The position numbers and the translations under genes were made by a program. A stretch of DNA of 64,000 nt from Phormidesmis sp. GTDB taxonomy: Bacteria; Cyanobacteriota; Cyanobacteriia; Leptolyngbyales; Leptolyngbyaceae. The notes under the pieces are model-generated. The model was not told the origin of the DNA, searched no databases, and was given only the letters and a program-made list of their open reading frames with translations. The stretch spans positions 2,304,001-2,368,000 of the forward strand of contig CBDFJR010000002.1 of the NCBI GenBank assembly GCA_965248535.1, in the 5' to 3' direction. Shown here piece by piece: positions 20,988 to 31,367 of the stretch (within the stretch, counting starts at the first letter, position 1; each line of letters opens with the position of its first letter).

Positions 20988-21656
20988 TCAGGGTCGCCAA
21001 AGATAGAGAAGCGAAAATAGAATCAGCCAAATCACATCCACAAAATGCCAAAATAGTGCAGCGGCACTCACACCAAAATGCGTTCTGCTATAGTTACCGG
21101 GAATAAATGAGCGAACGACCATGATCAGTTGCAGAATAATGCCAGCTAACACATGCAGGCCGTGGAATCCTGTCAGCAAAAAGAACGTGGTGCCAAACAA
21201 TCCAGTTGTCACGTTAAACGCAAGACCACGCCACTCGATCGCTTGCCCAATTAGGAAATAGATTCCCATTGCCGACGTGAGCAGCCACAGTAACCGAAAC
21301 ATTTTGAGTTTGTTGCGTTTAAGCGCCCGCTCTGCGAAGTAGATCACAAAACTGCTCGATACTAAAACGGCAGTACTAAGAGCAGGTTTTGCCACTTCTA
21401 ATCCTGAAATGCCCGGCGGCAGCCAGTGTGGAGTTGTCAACCGCAGCGCAAGATAGGCTAAGAAAAAACTGGCAAACACCATGCTTTCAGAGAGCAAAAA
21501 CACGGTGAAGCCAAACAGACCTTTGCCGTGATGATCAAAAGCATCGCCGCCCCCGATCGGCAAATATCGCTTAAGCCAGTCAGGGAGGCGACCATGCAGC
21601 AGGTCAAACCGAATCGGGCTTTCATCAAGGTGGCGAGGCGGCTGAAGATTTGACAT
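20988..21656 (-). CDS. ctaE: Heme-copper oxidase subunit III
   Basis: FLLSESMVF, LTGFHGLHV, FWHFVDVIW. Confidence 0.92.
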   Translation of the reverse strand: MSNLQPPRHLDESPIRFDLLHGRLPDWLKRYLPIGGGDAFDHHGKGLFGFTVFLLSESMVFASFFLAYLALRLTTPHWLPPGISGLEVAKPALSTAVLVSSSFVIYFAERALKRNKLKMFRLLWLLTSAMGIYFLIGQAIEWRGLAFNVTTGLFGTTFFLLTGFHGLHVLAGIILQLIMVVRSFIPGNYSRTHFGVSAAALFWHFVDVIWLILFSLLYLWRP

Positions 21657-21661
21657 GGTGA

Positions 21662-23314
21662 TTACTCCTGCGCCGAGGCTAGATTAGAGCGTTGGCCGCC
21701 ACGATCGTAGTTATAGGGCGGTTCGGTCACGATGGGGAGTTCAGCAAAGTTCTCGATCGGGGGCGGTGAAGTCGTCGTCCACTCTAGCCCGGTGGCGTGC
21801 CAGGGATTATTTCCGGCAGGTCTACCCAAAAAACAGGAGGCAATCATGTTCACCATAAAGGGCAGCGTAGCCAAGCCCAGCAAAAAAGCGCCCAGACTCG
21901 CGATCAGATTTAACCCCTCATATTGAGGAGCATAGGAGGCAATGCGCCGCACCATGCCCTGCAAGCCAAGGGGATGCATGGGGAAAAACGTCAGATTAGA
22001 CCCGATGAGCGTCAGCCAAAAGTGCAGCTTGCCCCAGCCTTCGGCATACACCCGGCCCGTCACTTTTGGAAACCAGAAATAAACGGCGGCAAAGATCGCC
22101 ATCGTGATCGTGTTATAGACAACATAGTGAAAATGCCCGACTACAAAATAGGTATTGTTAACGTGTAAGTCAAAGGGAACAGCAGCTAACATGATTCCAG
22201 TAATGCCTGCAAAGATAAACGAGATTACACCGCTTAACGCGAACAGCATCGGCGTATCGAGGTGCAGTCTACCGTTCCAGATCGTGGCCACCCAGGCAAA
22301 TTCTTTAATGCCTGTGAAGACGGCAATCAGCATTGAGGAAATCATAAACACAAGCCGCATCCAGCCTGGTGTGCCGCTGGCAAACATATGATGCACCCAG
22401 ACGATAACGCTGATAAAGGCGATGCCGATCGAGGCGATCGCCACCGTCCGATAGCCAAACAGGGGGTTGCGCGAAAACGCAGGCAAAATTTCTGAAAAGA
22501 TGCCAAACGCGGGCAGCGCCATCACATAGACCGCCGGGTGTGAGTAAAACCAAAACAAATGCTGATAGAGAATGGGGCTACCGTTTTGAAACGCATTAAA
22601 AATATTGGTGCCCAGCGCTAGGTCAAAAAATAACAATACCAACCCACCCGTTAGCGCCGGGAGACAAAACAGTTGCAGCAGTTGGGCGCTCAACACCGTC
22701 CAGACAAACAGCGGCATCCGAAAAAGCGTCATGCCGGGTGCGCGCATCCAAATAATCGTGGTGATGAAATTTACGCCGCCCATAATCGACGAAACGCCAA
22801 TCAGCACGACGCTGGCGATCCAAATAAATTCCCCGTTGATCAAATGACCTGATGGATTTTGAATGCTCACGGGCGGATAAGACCACCAGCCTGCTTGAGC
22901 CGTTCCGGTGGGCAGAAAAAAGCTTGACAGCAGTAAAATTCCCGCTGGGGGAATGATCCAAAACGCGATCGCGTTCAGCACTGGAAACGCCATATCTCGC
23001 GCCCCAATCATCAGGGGAATCAAATAGTTTGCTAGCCCCGCCAAACACGGAATAATCCACAAAAAGATCATCATCGTGCCGTGAAGGGTCATCAACCCGT
23101 TATAGACCGAGCGATCGACGAGATCTAGCTGCGGCGTGAGCAGTTCGGCGCGAATCAGCATGGCCATCAGTCCGGCGACCAAAAAAAACACAAAGGTCGT
23201 CAAAAGATACTGAATGCCAATGACTTTGTGATCAGTGCTGAAACCCAGATAGTGTCGCCAGTTTTGCTGAGAGGGCGCGATCGCGTCCATCGGGTCGATC
23301 GAGGAATGTGTCAT
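21662..23314 (-). CDS. ctaD: Heme-copper oxidase subunit I (A2-type YS motif)
   Basis: STDHKVIG, TLHG, WFYSHPAVY, VWVHHMF, VGHFHYV. Confidence 0.95.
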   Translation of the reverse strand: MTHSSIDPMDAIAPSQQNWRHYLGFSTDHKVIGIQYLLTTFVFFLVAGLMAMLIRAELLTPQLDLVDRSVYNGLMTLHGTMMIFLWIIPCLAGLANYLIPLMIGARDMAFPVLNAIAFWIIPPAGILLLSSFFLPTGTAQAGWWSYPPVSIQNPSGHLINGEFIWIASVVLIGVSSIMGGVNFITTIIWMRAPGMTLFRMPLFVWTVLSAQLLQLFCLPALTGGLVLLFFDLALGTNIFNAFQNGSPILYQHLFWFYSHPAVYVMALPAFGIFSEILPAFSRNPLFGYRTVAIASIGIAFISVIVWVHHMFASGTPGWMRLVFMISSMLIAVFTGIKEFAWVATIWNGRLHLDTPMLFALSGVISFIFAGITGIMLAAVPFDLHVNNTYFVVGHFHYVVYNTITMAIFAAVYFWFPKVTGRVYAEGWGKLHFWLTLIGSNLTFFPMHPLGLQGMVRRIASYAPQYEGLNLIASLGAFLLGLATLPFMVNMIASCFLGRPAGNNPWHATGLEWTTTSPPPIENFAELPIVTEPPYNYDRGGQRSNLASAQE

Positions 23315-23340
23315 GCAACCTATCCTATTAGCGGGAATAT

Positions 23341-24252
23341 TTAGCGGGAATCATTGACTATAGGCGGCGCAGCAGGCGAAACGGTGATCCAACCGCCGTC
23401 TCCTGCTTGCGATCGCTGTGCGTGTTCGGCAAACGCAGCGTTAGGGGCGGCAGCAGGAGTCTGGGTGGCGGCTTGCGTGAGCCACTGACGATAGGCCGCA
23501 GGCGACTCAACCACCACATCTGCCTCCATCAGGGCAAAATAGGTGCCGCTAAACTGAGAATCGCGTAAGCGATAGCGCCCCTCGCGCAAGGGCGTGACCG
23601 TGAAGGTGATGGCGCGATTGGGAATGATGTCTTGCTTAACGCGAAACTCTGGCACATAAAACCCGTGCAGCACATCCAACGATCGTAGGTTTAAGCGCAC
23701 ACTCTGATGAACAGGCAGATGCAACACCGTGCTGGTGACATTGCCCGGATAGCGAAACGACCATGACCACTGCTTGGCGATGACTTCAACGTCTTCTGAG
23801 GCAGGCTGCTGACGAGGATTTTGCTCACTTGGCTTAGATTGAGCATTGGCAGGTGCTTCTAACAAATGCAAGTGCACGATCGGGGTTAACCCTTGCAGAT
23901 CTAACTCCTGATAAATCTTAAAGCTCTGAGCCGCCAGCCACAGCACGAGCACTAAAGGCGCGATCGTCCAAGCGGCTTCTAGTCGCCAATCTTGACGAGC
24001 GGGGTGTCCATGACTCCAATCGCCACGGGGAGCACGGCAAAAGATCACGGAGTACAGAATCATGCCCGTCAGCCCGACAAACACAAACGTCCCGATCGAC
24101 ACCAAAAAACTAAATAAGCTATCGACGTGCTGCGCTTCTTCCGTTGCCTGGCTGGGCATCCACCCAAAAGCCAGATGCCCTACCCAGCGACTGATGACTA
24201 GATTTGCGGCGATAGAGACGGCGATTAAACCTCGATTAAAGACTTTTTTCAT
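23341..24252 (-). CDS. ctaC: Heme-copper oxidase subunit II lacking CuA cysteines (ARTO-type)
   Basis: LEAAWTIAP, KQWSWSFRYP, DVLHGFYVP; DSQFSGTYFALM replaces the CxExCGxxH CuA motif. Confidence 0.9.
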   Translation of the reverse strand: MKKVFNRGLIAVSIAANLVISRWVGHLAFGWMPSQATEEAQHVDSLFSFLVSIGTFVFVGLTGMILYSVIFCRAPRGDWSHGHPARQDWRLEAAWTIAPLVLVLWLAAQSFKIYQELDLQGLTPIVHLHLLEAPANAQSKPSEQNPRQQPASEDVEVIAKQWSWSFRYPGNVTSTVLHLPVHQSVRLNLRSLDVLHGFYVPEFRVKQDIIPNRAITFTVTPLREGRYRLRDSQFSGTYFALMEADVVVESPAAYRQWLTQAATQTPAAAPNAAFAEHAQRSQAGDGGWITVSPAAPPIVNDSR

Positions 24253-24255
24253 GGC

Positions 24256-24882
24256 TTATTTCGGCACCTCTTTCGGCACCTCTTTCAGCACCTCGCCCGG
24301 ATTCTGTCCTTGTCGCAGCAGCCCTGCCGCAGTGTTGTGAACGCCAAACTCATCGCCAAGTTGCGCTCCCAGGGTGCCCTGCACAAACAGAAGCCCAATC
24401 ATCATGACTCCTGCTAGCAGATAGCTCCACTGCACTTGTCGCGGCGATTCTCTGCGCCAGCGATAGCGCTGAAATCCTCGCCAGACTGTCATGCCGACGA
24501 TCGCCCCCAGCAGCAAAATGCCGCTCAGTCCGTGCAAGATCATGGTGCTGCTGATGCTGAGTCCCCAAGCGCTTAGGTGAGTTGCTGACGAGTCTGCCAG
24601 CATGATCTCAAAAAAGCCTGCGGCAACGGTGAAAAGGGTGATAACAGCGGTGCCCAAAAGGTTATACCACCCGACATCATAAAACCCAGATCGAAGGGCG
24701 GTGACAGAAAAGGCTTTGAACAGGGGACGCTCGATCTCAAAAAAGTTTCCGGCAATGTCAAAAATGAACGCAATGATCAACAATCCCAACGTCAAATGCA
24801 CCAAGGTTGGGTGCAGCGGCAGCGCGTAGGGCAACCCGTTGGCACCCAACTTTAAGCCCACATCCAGCACTAGAGAATTCAT
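24256..24882 (-). CDS. DUF2231-family membrane protein
   Basis: LHPTLVHLTLG N-terminal motif, LGAQLG..FGVH. Confidence 0.8.
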   Translation of the reverse strand: MNSLVLDVGLKLGANGLPYALPLHPTLVHLTLGLLIIAFIFDIAGNFFEIERPLFKAFSVTALRSGFYDVGWYNLLGTAVITLFTVAAGFFEIMLADSSATHLSAWGLSISSTMILHGLSGILLLGAIVGMTVWRGFQRYRWRRESPRQVQWSYLLAGVMMIGLLFVQGTLGAQLGDEFGVHNTAAGLLRQGQNPGEVLKEVPKEVPK

Positions 24883-25373
24883 TGCAAAACTCCCTTACGG
24901 GCTGCTTCGACTACAGGCTCAACATGCAGCCCATAGACCCAAACTAATTGCGTTCCCAAGATCATTTGAACAAACACAATGCAAACTAAAACGGTTGAGA
25001 CTCCTAGATAGATAGGGGAGATTTTAATCGGGTTACGAGTTCGCATTACAAACCGCCACGCTGTGATGCTCACCAGAGTGACCGACAGCGACCAGCCGAT
25101 CGCCGTGTGCAAATTCATCGTCTGTTTAGCGGCGGCATAAGGCTGCGCAAACCCCGCTTCAAACTGACCAAATAGAATAGCAATAAAAATGGAAACCGAA
25201 GCAACGACCAAGTTCCAAAAGCTAACTTCATATAAACGATGATTGCGAGTCAGATAGCCCACCACATCGCAGAAAAATGAGAAAAACACCATCGCGATAA
25301 TGAAGTGAACTACGATCGGATGAATCGGATCGGAATAGGGCAGATTTTGACTATTCAACGATATAGCAAGCAT
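24879..25373 (-). CDS. DUF2231-family membrane protein
   Basis: IHPIVVHF N-terminal motif, LGTQLVWVYGLH; ATGA overlap with the next gene. Confidence 0.8.
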   Translation of the reverse strand: MLAISLNSQNLPYSDPIHPIVVHFIIAMVFFSFFCDVVGYLTRNHRLYEVSFWNLVVASVSIFIAILFGQFEAGFAQPYAAAKQTMNLHTAIGWSLSVTLVSITAWRFVMRTRNPIKISPIYLGVSTVLVCIVFVQMILGTQLVWVYGLHVEPVVEAARKGVLQ

Positions 25374-25713
25374 CTCTATTTAACTTTAGACTAAGGGCTA
25401 CATAAATTATCAACACTAGATGATTCAAAAAGAGATTGACGGTGCAATCACTAGAGCTAACAGAGACTAGCAGAAATGTTATCCCTACAGTTCAACAAGA
25501 TACGTGAATTAGTTAATAAATAGCTCTACTTCTTTGGGTAGATTCATCGGGCTTTTGATGCGGGACATAACTCTATGAACTTGCTGTGTCAACGCAGCGA
25601 AGTTGAGTTGAAATGGCCCCGATCGTTGACCGCATTTGTCACTAGATCTAGACAGACAGGACTCTGGATCTCATGTCTAGATCTAGGGTGCCAGCGCTTG
25701 CTCGGCTAAACTC

Positions 25714-25821
25714 ATACCAATTTCGGATGCAATTGCGACTGATCGTTCAATCCGACGGGGCACGCCGTGCCCCTACCGTGCCCTCGTGCGGATCTGTCGC
25801 ATTCACAAATCAAATTGGTAT
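25714..25821. repeat. MITE-like element with imperfect ~31-bp terminal inverted repeats and an internal REP-like palindrome
   Basis: ATACCAATTT...TGCGACTGATC / GATCTGTCGCA...AAATTGGTAT; internal GGGGCACGCCGTGCCCCTAC. Confidence 0.7.
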
Positions 25822-26273
25822 CAGGTCAATTTAGCAACGCTGACAATGCTCTGGTTGAGAGAGTCTAGGGCGGCGATCGCCGCCTCAGACTTCGACTCTT
25901 TTAAAGCACGTTTTACTCCATCCATTCCCGCTTCGATGTTGTCATAGCCGCTGCGAGACTTTGCCTTGACTCCATCTTCGACCTTTGACCAAGACGCTTC
26001 AAATTGGTCAAAATCTGCCTTTGCCGTGGTGAAGTTGCCCGCTTTGACGGCTGCTTTTGTTTTGGTCACCACCCCTTGCAGGGCTGCAAATCCGCCTTGA
26101 GCCGGGCTTGCAGTCATTTTGTCTGTCATTGCGCTACCCGCTTTGGGCTGAGTTGCCTTTTCAGCGGGGCTGCTAGCGGGAGAGGGCGGTAAGTCAGAAT
26201 TCTTGGACGAACTGCATCCCACTAGCGCCAAAAGAGTGATTGCGCCCACCATGAGAGAGTTGTTAAACTTCAT
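25821..26273 (-). CDS. Putative lipoprotein (DUF4363-like helical domain)
   Basis: Lipobox LVGC after hydrophobic leader; FEASWSKVEDGVK. Confidence 0.7.
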   Translation of the reverse strand: MKFNNSLMVGAITLLALVGCSSSKNSDLPPSPASSPAEKATQPKAGSAMTDKMTASPAQGGFAALQGVVTKTKAAVKAGNFTTAKADFDQFEASWSKVEDGVKAKSRSGYDNIEAGMDGVKRALKESKSEAAIAALDSLNQSIVSVAKLT

Positions 26274-26330
26274 AATCTCAGACTCCTGCCTAATTGAATC
26301 GATTCCCCTCTATTTTCTTATAAAAATCCT

Positions 26331-26615
26331 ATGAAACGTGCCTTCCGGAAATATCATCGCCTGCTAGCGATCGTGCTTTTCCTGCCGCTTGCGCTGACCG
26401 TTTTGACGGGAATGGCAGCCACGATCACTGAGGAATGGTCGATCGATCTTGGGCTTTCGCGAAATCTGCTGCTCAAGATTCACACGGGCGAAATTTTGCA
26501 TCTTCAGGCAATTTATCCCATCCTCGACGGCCTCGGACTGATCGGGCTGTTGGTGACCGGAATCACGATGTCAGGGCTGTTTCGCAGCAAGCCTCAGACT
26601 GCTGTCAAAGATTAG
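26331..26615 (+). CDS. Small PepSY-associated-TM-like membrane protein
   Basis: FRKYHRLLAI...LTG...LLKIHTGE...LLVTGI. Confidence 0.7.
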   Translation: MKRAFRKYHRLLAIVLFLPLALTVLTGMAATITEEWSIDLGLSRNLLLKIHTGEILHLQAIYPILDGLGLIGLLVTGITMSGLFRSKPQTAVKD

Positions 26616-26688
26616 ATACCCTTTTGCCCTACTGAACCCCGATTCTGAACGGCAAACTCAAGACTGACGGGGGACTTGTCCACATTCT

Positions 26689-28218
26689 TTAGTCTTCTAG
26701 AAGATGCTCTGTTCGCCAGTCGGTTGCTTTTTGGCGAATGAGTTGACGTTCTTCGTCAGAGAAGCGCCTTAGGTTAGCCATGATCTGACCCATGCGATGA
26801 TTTTTCTTTAGTTTGTCTTGATGGCGATCGAGAAAATCCCAGTAAAAAAAGTTAAACGGACAGGCGTTTTCACCTGTGCGATCGCGGCGATCGTAGGTGC
26901 ATTTTTTGCAATAATCACTCATGTTGTTGATGTAGTTAGCTGAAGCCGCATAGGGTTTAGAAGCCATCAATCCCCCATCTGCAAACTGACCCATGCCAAT
27001 CACATTAGTCTGCATCACCCAGTCATAGCCATCTACAAACGCTGCATGAAACCAGTCTTGCAACGCTTGGGGTGAGACTCCAGCAATCAGCCCAAAGTTG
27101 CTCAACACCATTAAGCGTTGAATGTGGTGAGCATAGCCCGTTTCTTTAACTTGAGTGATCACTTGGTGTAAACAGTTCATTGTTGTGTCTCCCGTAAAAT
27201 AGAAGCCCGGCAATGGTTGAGTGTGATTGAAATAGTTGAGACTAGGGTAGTCTTTGCCCATGTGCAAATAGATGCAGTGCATATATTCACGCCATCCTAA
27301 AATCTGTCGCACAAATCCTTCAACGCTGTTTAGTTCCCATTCGCTCTGGTGTTGCTCATAGGCTTGTTCTGCCGCTTCTAACACCTCTAGCGGATGCAGC
27401 AATCCCACATTCAGATAAGGAGACAACATTGCGTGCCAGAGGGTTTGCTCTCCGGTCACCATTGCGTCTTGATAAGGGCCAAACTCTGAGAGACGAGTCT
27501 GCACAAAGAATTCGAGCACTTGCAGGGCTTGTTGACGGGTTACCCCCCACTGAAACGGCTCGATCTGCCAGTAGTCTTGGCTGTCTTTAAATGCAGGAGA
27601 TTGTTTCACCCAGTCGATGACTTCTTGGGTGATGCGATCGGGCTTAAACCACAGCGCCTCTGGCAAATTGAGAGTGCCCTTGGGAGGTTTGCGGTTGTCT
27701 TTGTCAAAGTTCCAGCGCCCTGAGATCGGCTGATCGCCGTCCATCAAAACGTTGAACCGTCGCCGTCCTTCCCGATAAAAATCTTCCATCACTAGGCGTT
27801 TGCGAGACTGGGCCCAGTCCATCAAGTCCTCATCGTTCCAGATAAAGCGATTGCTGGCAGTGAAGATGACTTTGCAGGGCAGATCTAGCTGCTGAATTAA
27901 CTGGGCAAAGGGGCGATCGGTGGGAGTCATCACCCGCAGTTCAGTAATCTGATGCTGCTCGATCCAGGCTAGCAGAGGCGTTTTGAAGTCTAGGCTCTGC
28001 TGGTAGGCGACATCCCAGCCATCTTGACGCAGTTCATCGGCAAAGTGGCGCATCGCTGACCACACCAGCACCAGCTTTTGCAGGTGATAAGGCAGTGTTT
28101 GACCGTGATGCAGCGATTCGATAAAAATCACGGGGGTTGACTGGGCACGATTGCAGCTTTGGAGTGCTGATTGCCCTACCCAAAGCTGATCGCCTAAGAT
28201 CCAAACTCCAACGGTCAT
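26689..28218 (-). CDS. Cryptochrome/photolyase family protein, FeS-BCP ((6-4) photolyase PhrB-like)
   Basis: WILGDQL, SAMRHFA, WNFDKDNR, GYAHHIQRLM, DYCKKC...ACPF Fe-S cysteines. Confidence 0.9.
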   Translation of the reverse strand: MTVGVWILGDQLWVGQSALQSCNRAQSTPVIFIESLHHGQTLPYHLQKLVLVWSAMRHFADELRQDGWDVAYQQSLDFKTPLLAWIEQHQITELRVMTPTDRPFAQLIQQLDLPCKVIFTASNRFIWNDEDLMDWAQSRKRLVMEDFYREGRRRFNVLMDGDQPISGRWNFDKDNRKPPKGTLNLPEALWFKPDRITQEVIDWVKQSPAFKDSQDYWQIEPFQWGVTRQQALQVLEFFVQTRLSEFGPYQDAMVTGEQTLWHAMLSPYLNVGLLHPLEVLEAAEQAYEQHQSEWELNSVEGFVRQILGWREYMHCIYLHMGKDYPSLNYFNHTQPLPGFYFTGDTTMNCLHQVITQVKETGYAHHIQRLMVLSNFGLIAGVSPQALQDWFHAAFVDGYDWVMQTNVIGMGQFADGGLMASKPYAASANYINNMSDYCKKCTYDRRDRTGENACPFNFFYWDFLDRHQDKLKKNHRMGQIMANLRRFSDEERQLIRQKATDWRTEHLLED

Positions 28219-28326
28219 GGCTGTAGTCCTGAAAATAACTTGAGGGTCATGAATTAAATAACCACAAGTTTAGCGTGACCCCAGTTCTAGAGGGCTTCCT
28301 AGGAATGGTGTAGGAGCGGAAGTCGG

Positions 28327-28740
28327 CTATTTGCTTTCGATCGCCAACGAGACGCGATCGCCGCCCATGTCGCGCATAGTGCCCAGCAGCTTAACGACTT
28401 GCTCATAGGGAATCTTGCTGTCGGCCTTGAGAATCACCACCCCTTTTGGATTTTGCGCCAGATAAGACTGCACCTTTTGGCCCAACTCACCCGTCGAAAC
28501 TGGCTTATCAGACAAAAGAATCTGATTTTGCAGATTGAGTCCAACAATCAGGGGATCGGGTTCTTTAGTCTCGATCGCGCCAGCACTCGTGCTAGGCAGG
28601 GCGACGTTGACCGTTTGTTGGGTCGTTAACGTCATCGCGATGAGGATGAAAAATGTCAAAATAGTCATTAACACATCCATCATCGGCACGAGATTAACTT
28701 CTGGCATATCCGATCTTTTTTCTTGTGATTTAAATCGCAT
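28327..28740 (-). CDS. exbD: Biopolymer transport protein ExbD/TolR
   Basis: VNLVPMMDVL with conserved TM Asp; LKADSKIPY. Confidence 0.9.
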   Translation of the reverse strand: MRFKSQEKRSDMPEVNLVPMMDVLMTILTFFILIAMTLTTQQTVNVALPSTSAGAIETKEPDPLIVGLNLQNQILLSDKPVSTGELGQKVQSYLAQNPKGVVILKADSKIPYEQVVKLLGTMRDMGGDRVSLAIESK

Positions 28741-28828
28741 TGCTCATTCCATTTTTGATTTCAAACAACGTAGGCTTTAGTGAGGTTCAACCAGGTCTAA
28801 TTCAGAGTGAACGGCCATTCAAAAACCG

Positions 28829-29560
28829 TTAGCTGTCTATTAACTGAATGTTGCTTTTGGCTACATAGTCGCCGTGAGCTTGATGAGTGCTGCTGTGAAA
28901 CGTTGGCTCATACCAAATCTCACGATAGATCAGTTCCAACTCGGTGCCCACTCTGCCAAAATAATCAACCTGACGAGATTGCAGCGTCACCATGACTCGA
29001 AAAATGACAAGAGACAGAATGGCGACCACCATCCCAGAGGCAGTTGCAATCAGCGCTTCACCGATGCCTGCGGCCGCTTTTGTGGTGTCAGCCGAGCTTC
29101 CAGCGCCGCCCAGCTTGAGGCTGGCAAAGGTCGCAATCAATCCCGTAACGGTGCCTAACAGTCCTAAAAGAGGTGCCAGTCCGACGATCGATTCTAGAAG
29201 CTTGTCGCCCTTTCGCATTTGAATAAATTCTCGATCGGCGGCCGCTTCCATCGCTAACCGAAATGTTTCAGGAGTCGGCTGCTTGAGTTTTAACGGAGCC
29301 AACAAAAATCGCCCGATCGCTAGCTCTTGAGCCTGGCTGGCAATCTCGGCGGCTCTGGATAGATCGTGTTGAGCCGCTTCCATGACATCGTGCACAATGC
29401 GCTCTTCTTGGCTCATGAGTCGAAACCAAAACCAGGATCGCTCCAGACCACAGGCAATAGTGGCGATCGACATTCCCACTAGGGGGATCATAGTCGGGCC
29501 ACCTTTGGCGATCGTTTCAAATAAATTAGACATATCCTGGCAGTTACTTTTTAGACACAA
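28829..29560 (-). CDS. exbB: MotA/TolQ/ExbB proton channel (start probably 29533)
   Basis: APLLGLLGTVTG, GIGEALIATASG. Confidence 0.9.
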   Translation of the reverse strand: MCLKSNCQDMSNLFETIAKGGPTMIPLVGMSIATIACGLERSWFWFRLMSQEERIVHDVMEAAQHDLSRAAEIASQAQELAIGRFLLAPLKLKQPTPETFRLAMEAAADREFIQMRKGDKLLESIVGLAPLLGLLGTVTGLIATFASLKLGGAGSSADTTKAAAGIGEALIATASGMVVAILSLVIFRVMVTLQSRQVDYFGRVGTELELIYREIWYEPTFHSSTHQAHGDYVAKSNIQLIDS

Positions 29561-29690
29561 AACCCACGCACCCCTCGACAGGATAGCTGAATTTTCTAAG
29601 GAGCCTGGTTAATCAAGGGTAAGGGTTTAGTTATCTTAACTTTAAGACTCGACTCTAGAGAAATCAGCGATCGGGTCTTAATCCATCATC

Positions 29691-31367
29691 TTAGTGATGA
29701 ACCTTCATATCGATCAATAGAGTGACGAGGGAGCCGAGTTCGTCTTTGAGATGATCGATTTGCTGGCACTCTGCAACCCTTAACGCTGAGTCATCCGCTG
29801 TCTTTATCTTTGTGGTTTGCAACGCTTGCATTGCGGTCTGTAGCTGTTGAGCCTTGGCCAATACCTGATTGAGGTGAGACTCAGTGGCTTGGGCCAAACG
29901 GTGAAGTCGTTTGTTGCGCTCTAGTCGATTGATGATGCGGGTCACTAACTCAGGGCCGACGATCGGTTTGCTGACAAAATCATCTGCCCCAGCGCTAAAC
30001 ACCTGATTGACCACATTGGCATCTCGATGCACCGTCAGAAACACGATCGGCAACTCACTCCAGTGGGGGTGATTGCGAATTATTTGACAGAGTTCGATGC
30101 CATTGAGATGGGGCATTTCAACATCTAGCACCAGCAGGTCAGGCGATATGACTTCTAAGGTTTGCCAAAATTGACGCGGGTCAGCGATCGTGCTCACCTG
30201 CAACCCCCACGGCTGAAGCAACCCTTGCAGCAGGGCCAAAATGGTCGGGTCATCGTCTACCAGCAAAATCTTGGGGGCTGACTGCTCTGAGCGCTGAATC
30301 TGTTCTAAAGGCAGCGGCTGCGCGAGTTCTGCAAGGTCTAATGTTGAGCTGGGGTTTTGAGAAATTTCCTGCCGCAGACAACTCACCCAAGTTTGCACAG
30401 GTGAGCTAATCTCATGCTCTCTCAAAGCCGTCTCAATCAGGGCAGCCAGCCGCGATCCTTCAGGAAACCCAAATGTGCCCAGTGAACCAGCCAGCGAATG
30501 GGACTCTAGTCTCGCGGCGGCGAGCAAATCTGCATCGACGTTGCCCTGGATCATGGCAGCGATCGCTCCTTCGATCACCGAGATTTGGTCACTCACATGC
30601 CCCCGAAACTGCTCCCAGATTTCGGCAATCTTGACTGACATCGCCGCTTGGTCAGCAGACAGCGATCGCTCTCGGCTTTTTACGTCTTCTGGAGGTTTAA
30701 GCCGATAGCCAATGCCATAAACGGTCTCAATCAGCCCTCCTGTCGCCCCGGCCGCCTTGAGTTTTTGCCGCAACCCTTTGATATGGGTTCGCACAGCTTC
30801 TTCTCCGGGCATATCTTGATAAGTCCAGAGATGTTCTAAAATCATGCCGCAGCTAAACACCCGCCGACTGTTTCGCAGAAATAGCTCTAGCAGCGCATAT
30901 TCTTTGGGGGTTAGCGCTAAAAGTTGGGTGCAGTAGGTGACTTCGCAACTGCTGGGATCAAGGCGCAGATGTTCCCATTCCAGCACGGGTTGCAGGGCGT
31001 TGCCGCCGCGTCTCAACAGTGCTCGAATGCGGGCAACTAGTTCTTCTTCTTGAAAGGGTTTGACCACATAGTCATCGGCTCCGGCATCTAGCCCGATCGC
31101 TTTGTCGTGGCTGCTATCTCGTCTAGTCAAGAGCAAAATTGGCATCGGGTAGCCGTGCGATCGGATGTGCTGGCAGAGGCTAATGCCATCGAGCTTAGGC
31201 AACATCACGTCGAGCAACACCAGGTCATAGTCAAAGGTTTCTATCAGGTTCCAGGCAGCTTGGCCATCGGTGACCACTTCAACGGCATAGTTTTGGCTCG
31301 TCAAAATCTCGGTTAGAGTATGGGTCATCAGCGCATCGTCGTCAACGATCAAGATTCGCATTGGCAA
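29691..31367 (-). CDS. Multi-domain response regulator REC-wHTH-Hpt-REC (RcaC-like architecture)
   Basis: OmpR-type REC + wHTH (IETVYGIGY), Hpt SHSLAGSLGTFG, second REC LLVLDVEMP. Confidence 0.88.
   Translation of the reverse strand: MPMRILIVDDDALMTHTLTEILTSQNYAVEVVTDGQAAWNLIETFDYDLVLLDVMLPKLDGISLCQHIRSHGYPMPILLLTRRDSSHDKAIGLDAGADDYVVKPFQEEELVARIRALLRRGGNALQPVLEWEHLRLDPSSCEVTYCTQLLALTPKEYALLELFLRNSRRVFSCGMILEHLWTYQDMPGEEAVRTHIKGLRQKLKAAGATGGLIETVYGIGYRLKPPEDVKSRERSLSADQAAMSVKIAEIWEQFRGHVSDQISVIEGAIAAMIQGNVDADLLAAARLESHSLAGSLGTFGFPEGSRLAALIETALREHEISSPVQTWVSCLRQEISQNPSSTLDLAELAQPLPLEQIQRSEQSAPKILLVDDDPTILALLQGLLQPWGLQVSTIADPRQFWQTLEVISPDLLVLDVEMPHLNGIELCQIIRNHPHWSELPIVFLTVHRDANVVNQVFSAGADDFVSKPIVGPELVTRIINRLERNKRLHRLAQATESHLNQVLAKAQQLQTAMQALQTTKIKTADDSALRVAECQQIDHLKDELGSLVTLLIDMKVHH

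Noticed and set aside
24256..24295. 12-nt repeat encoding EVLKEVPKEVPK
   Set aside because: Short in-frame tail expansion with no functional evidence.
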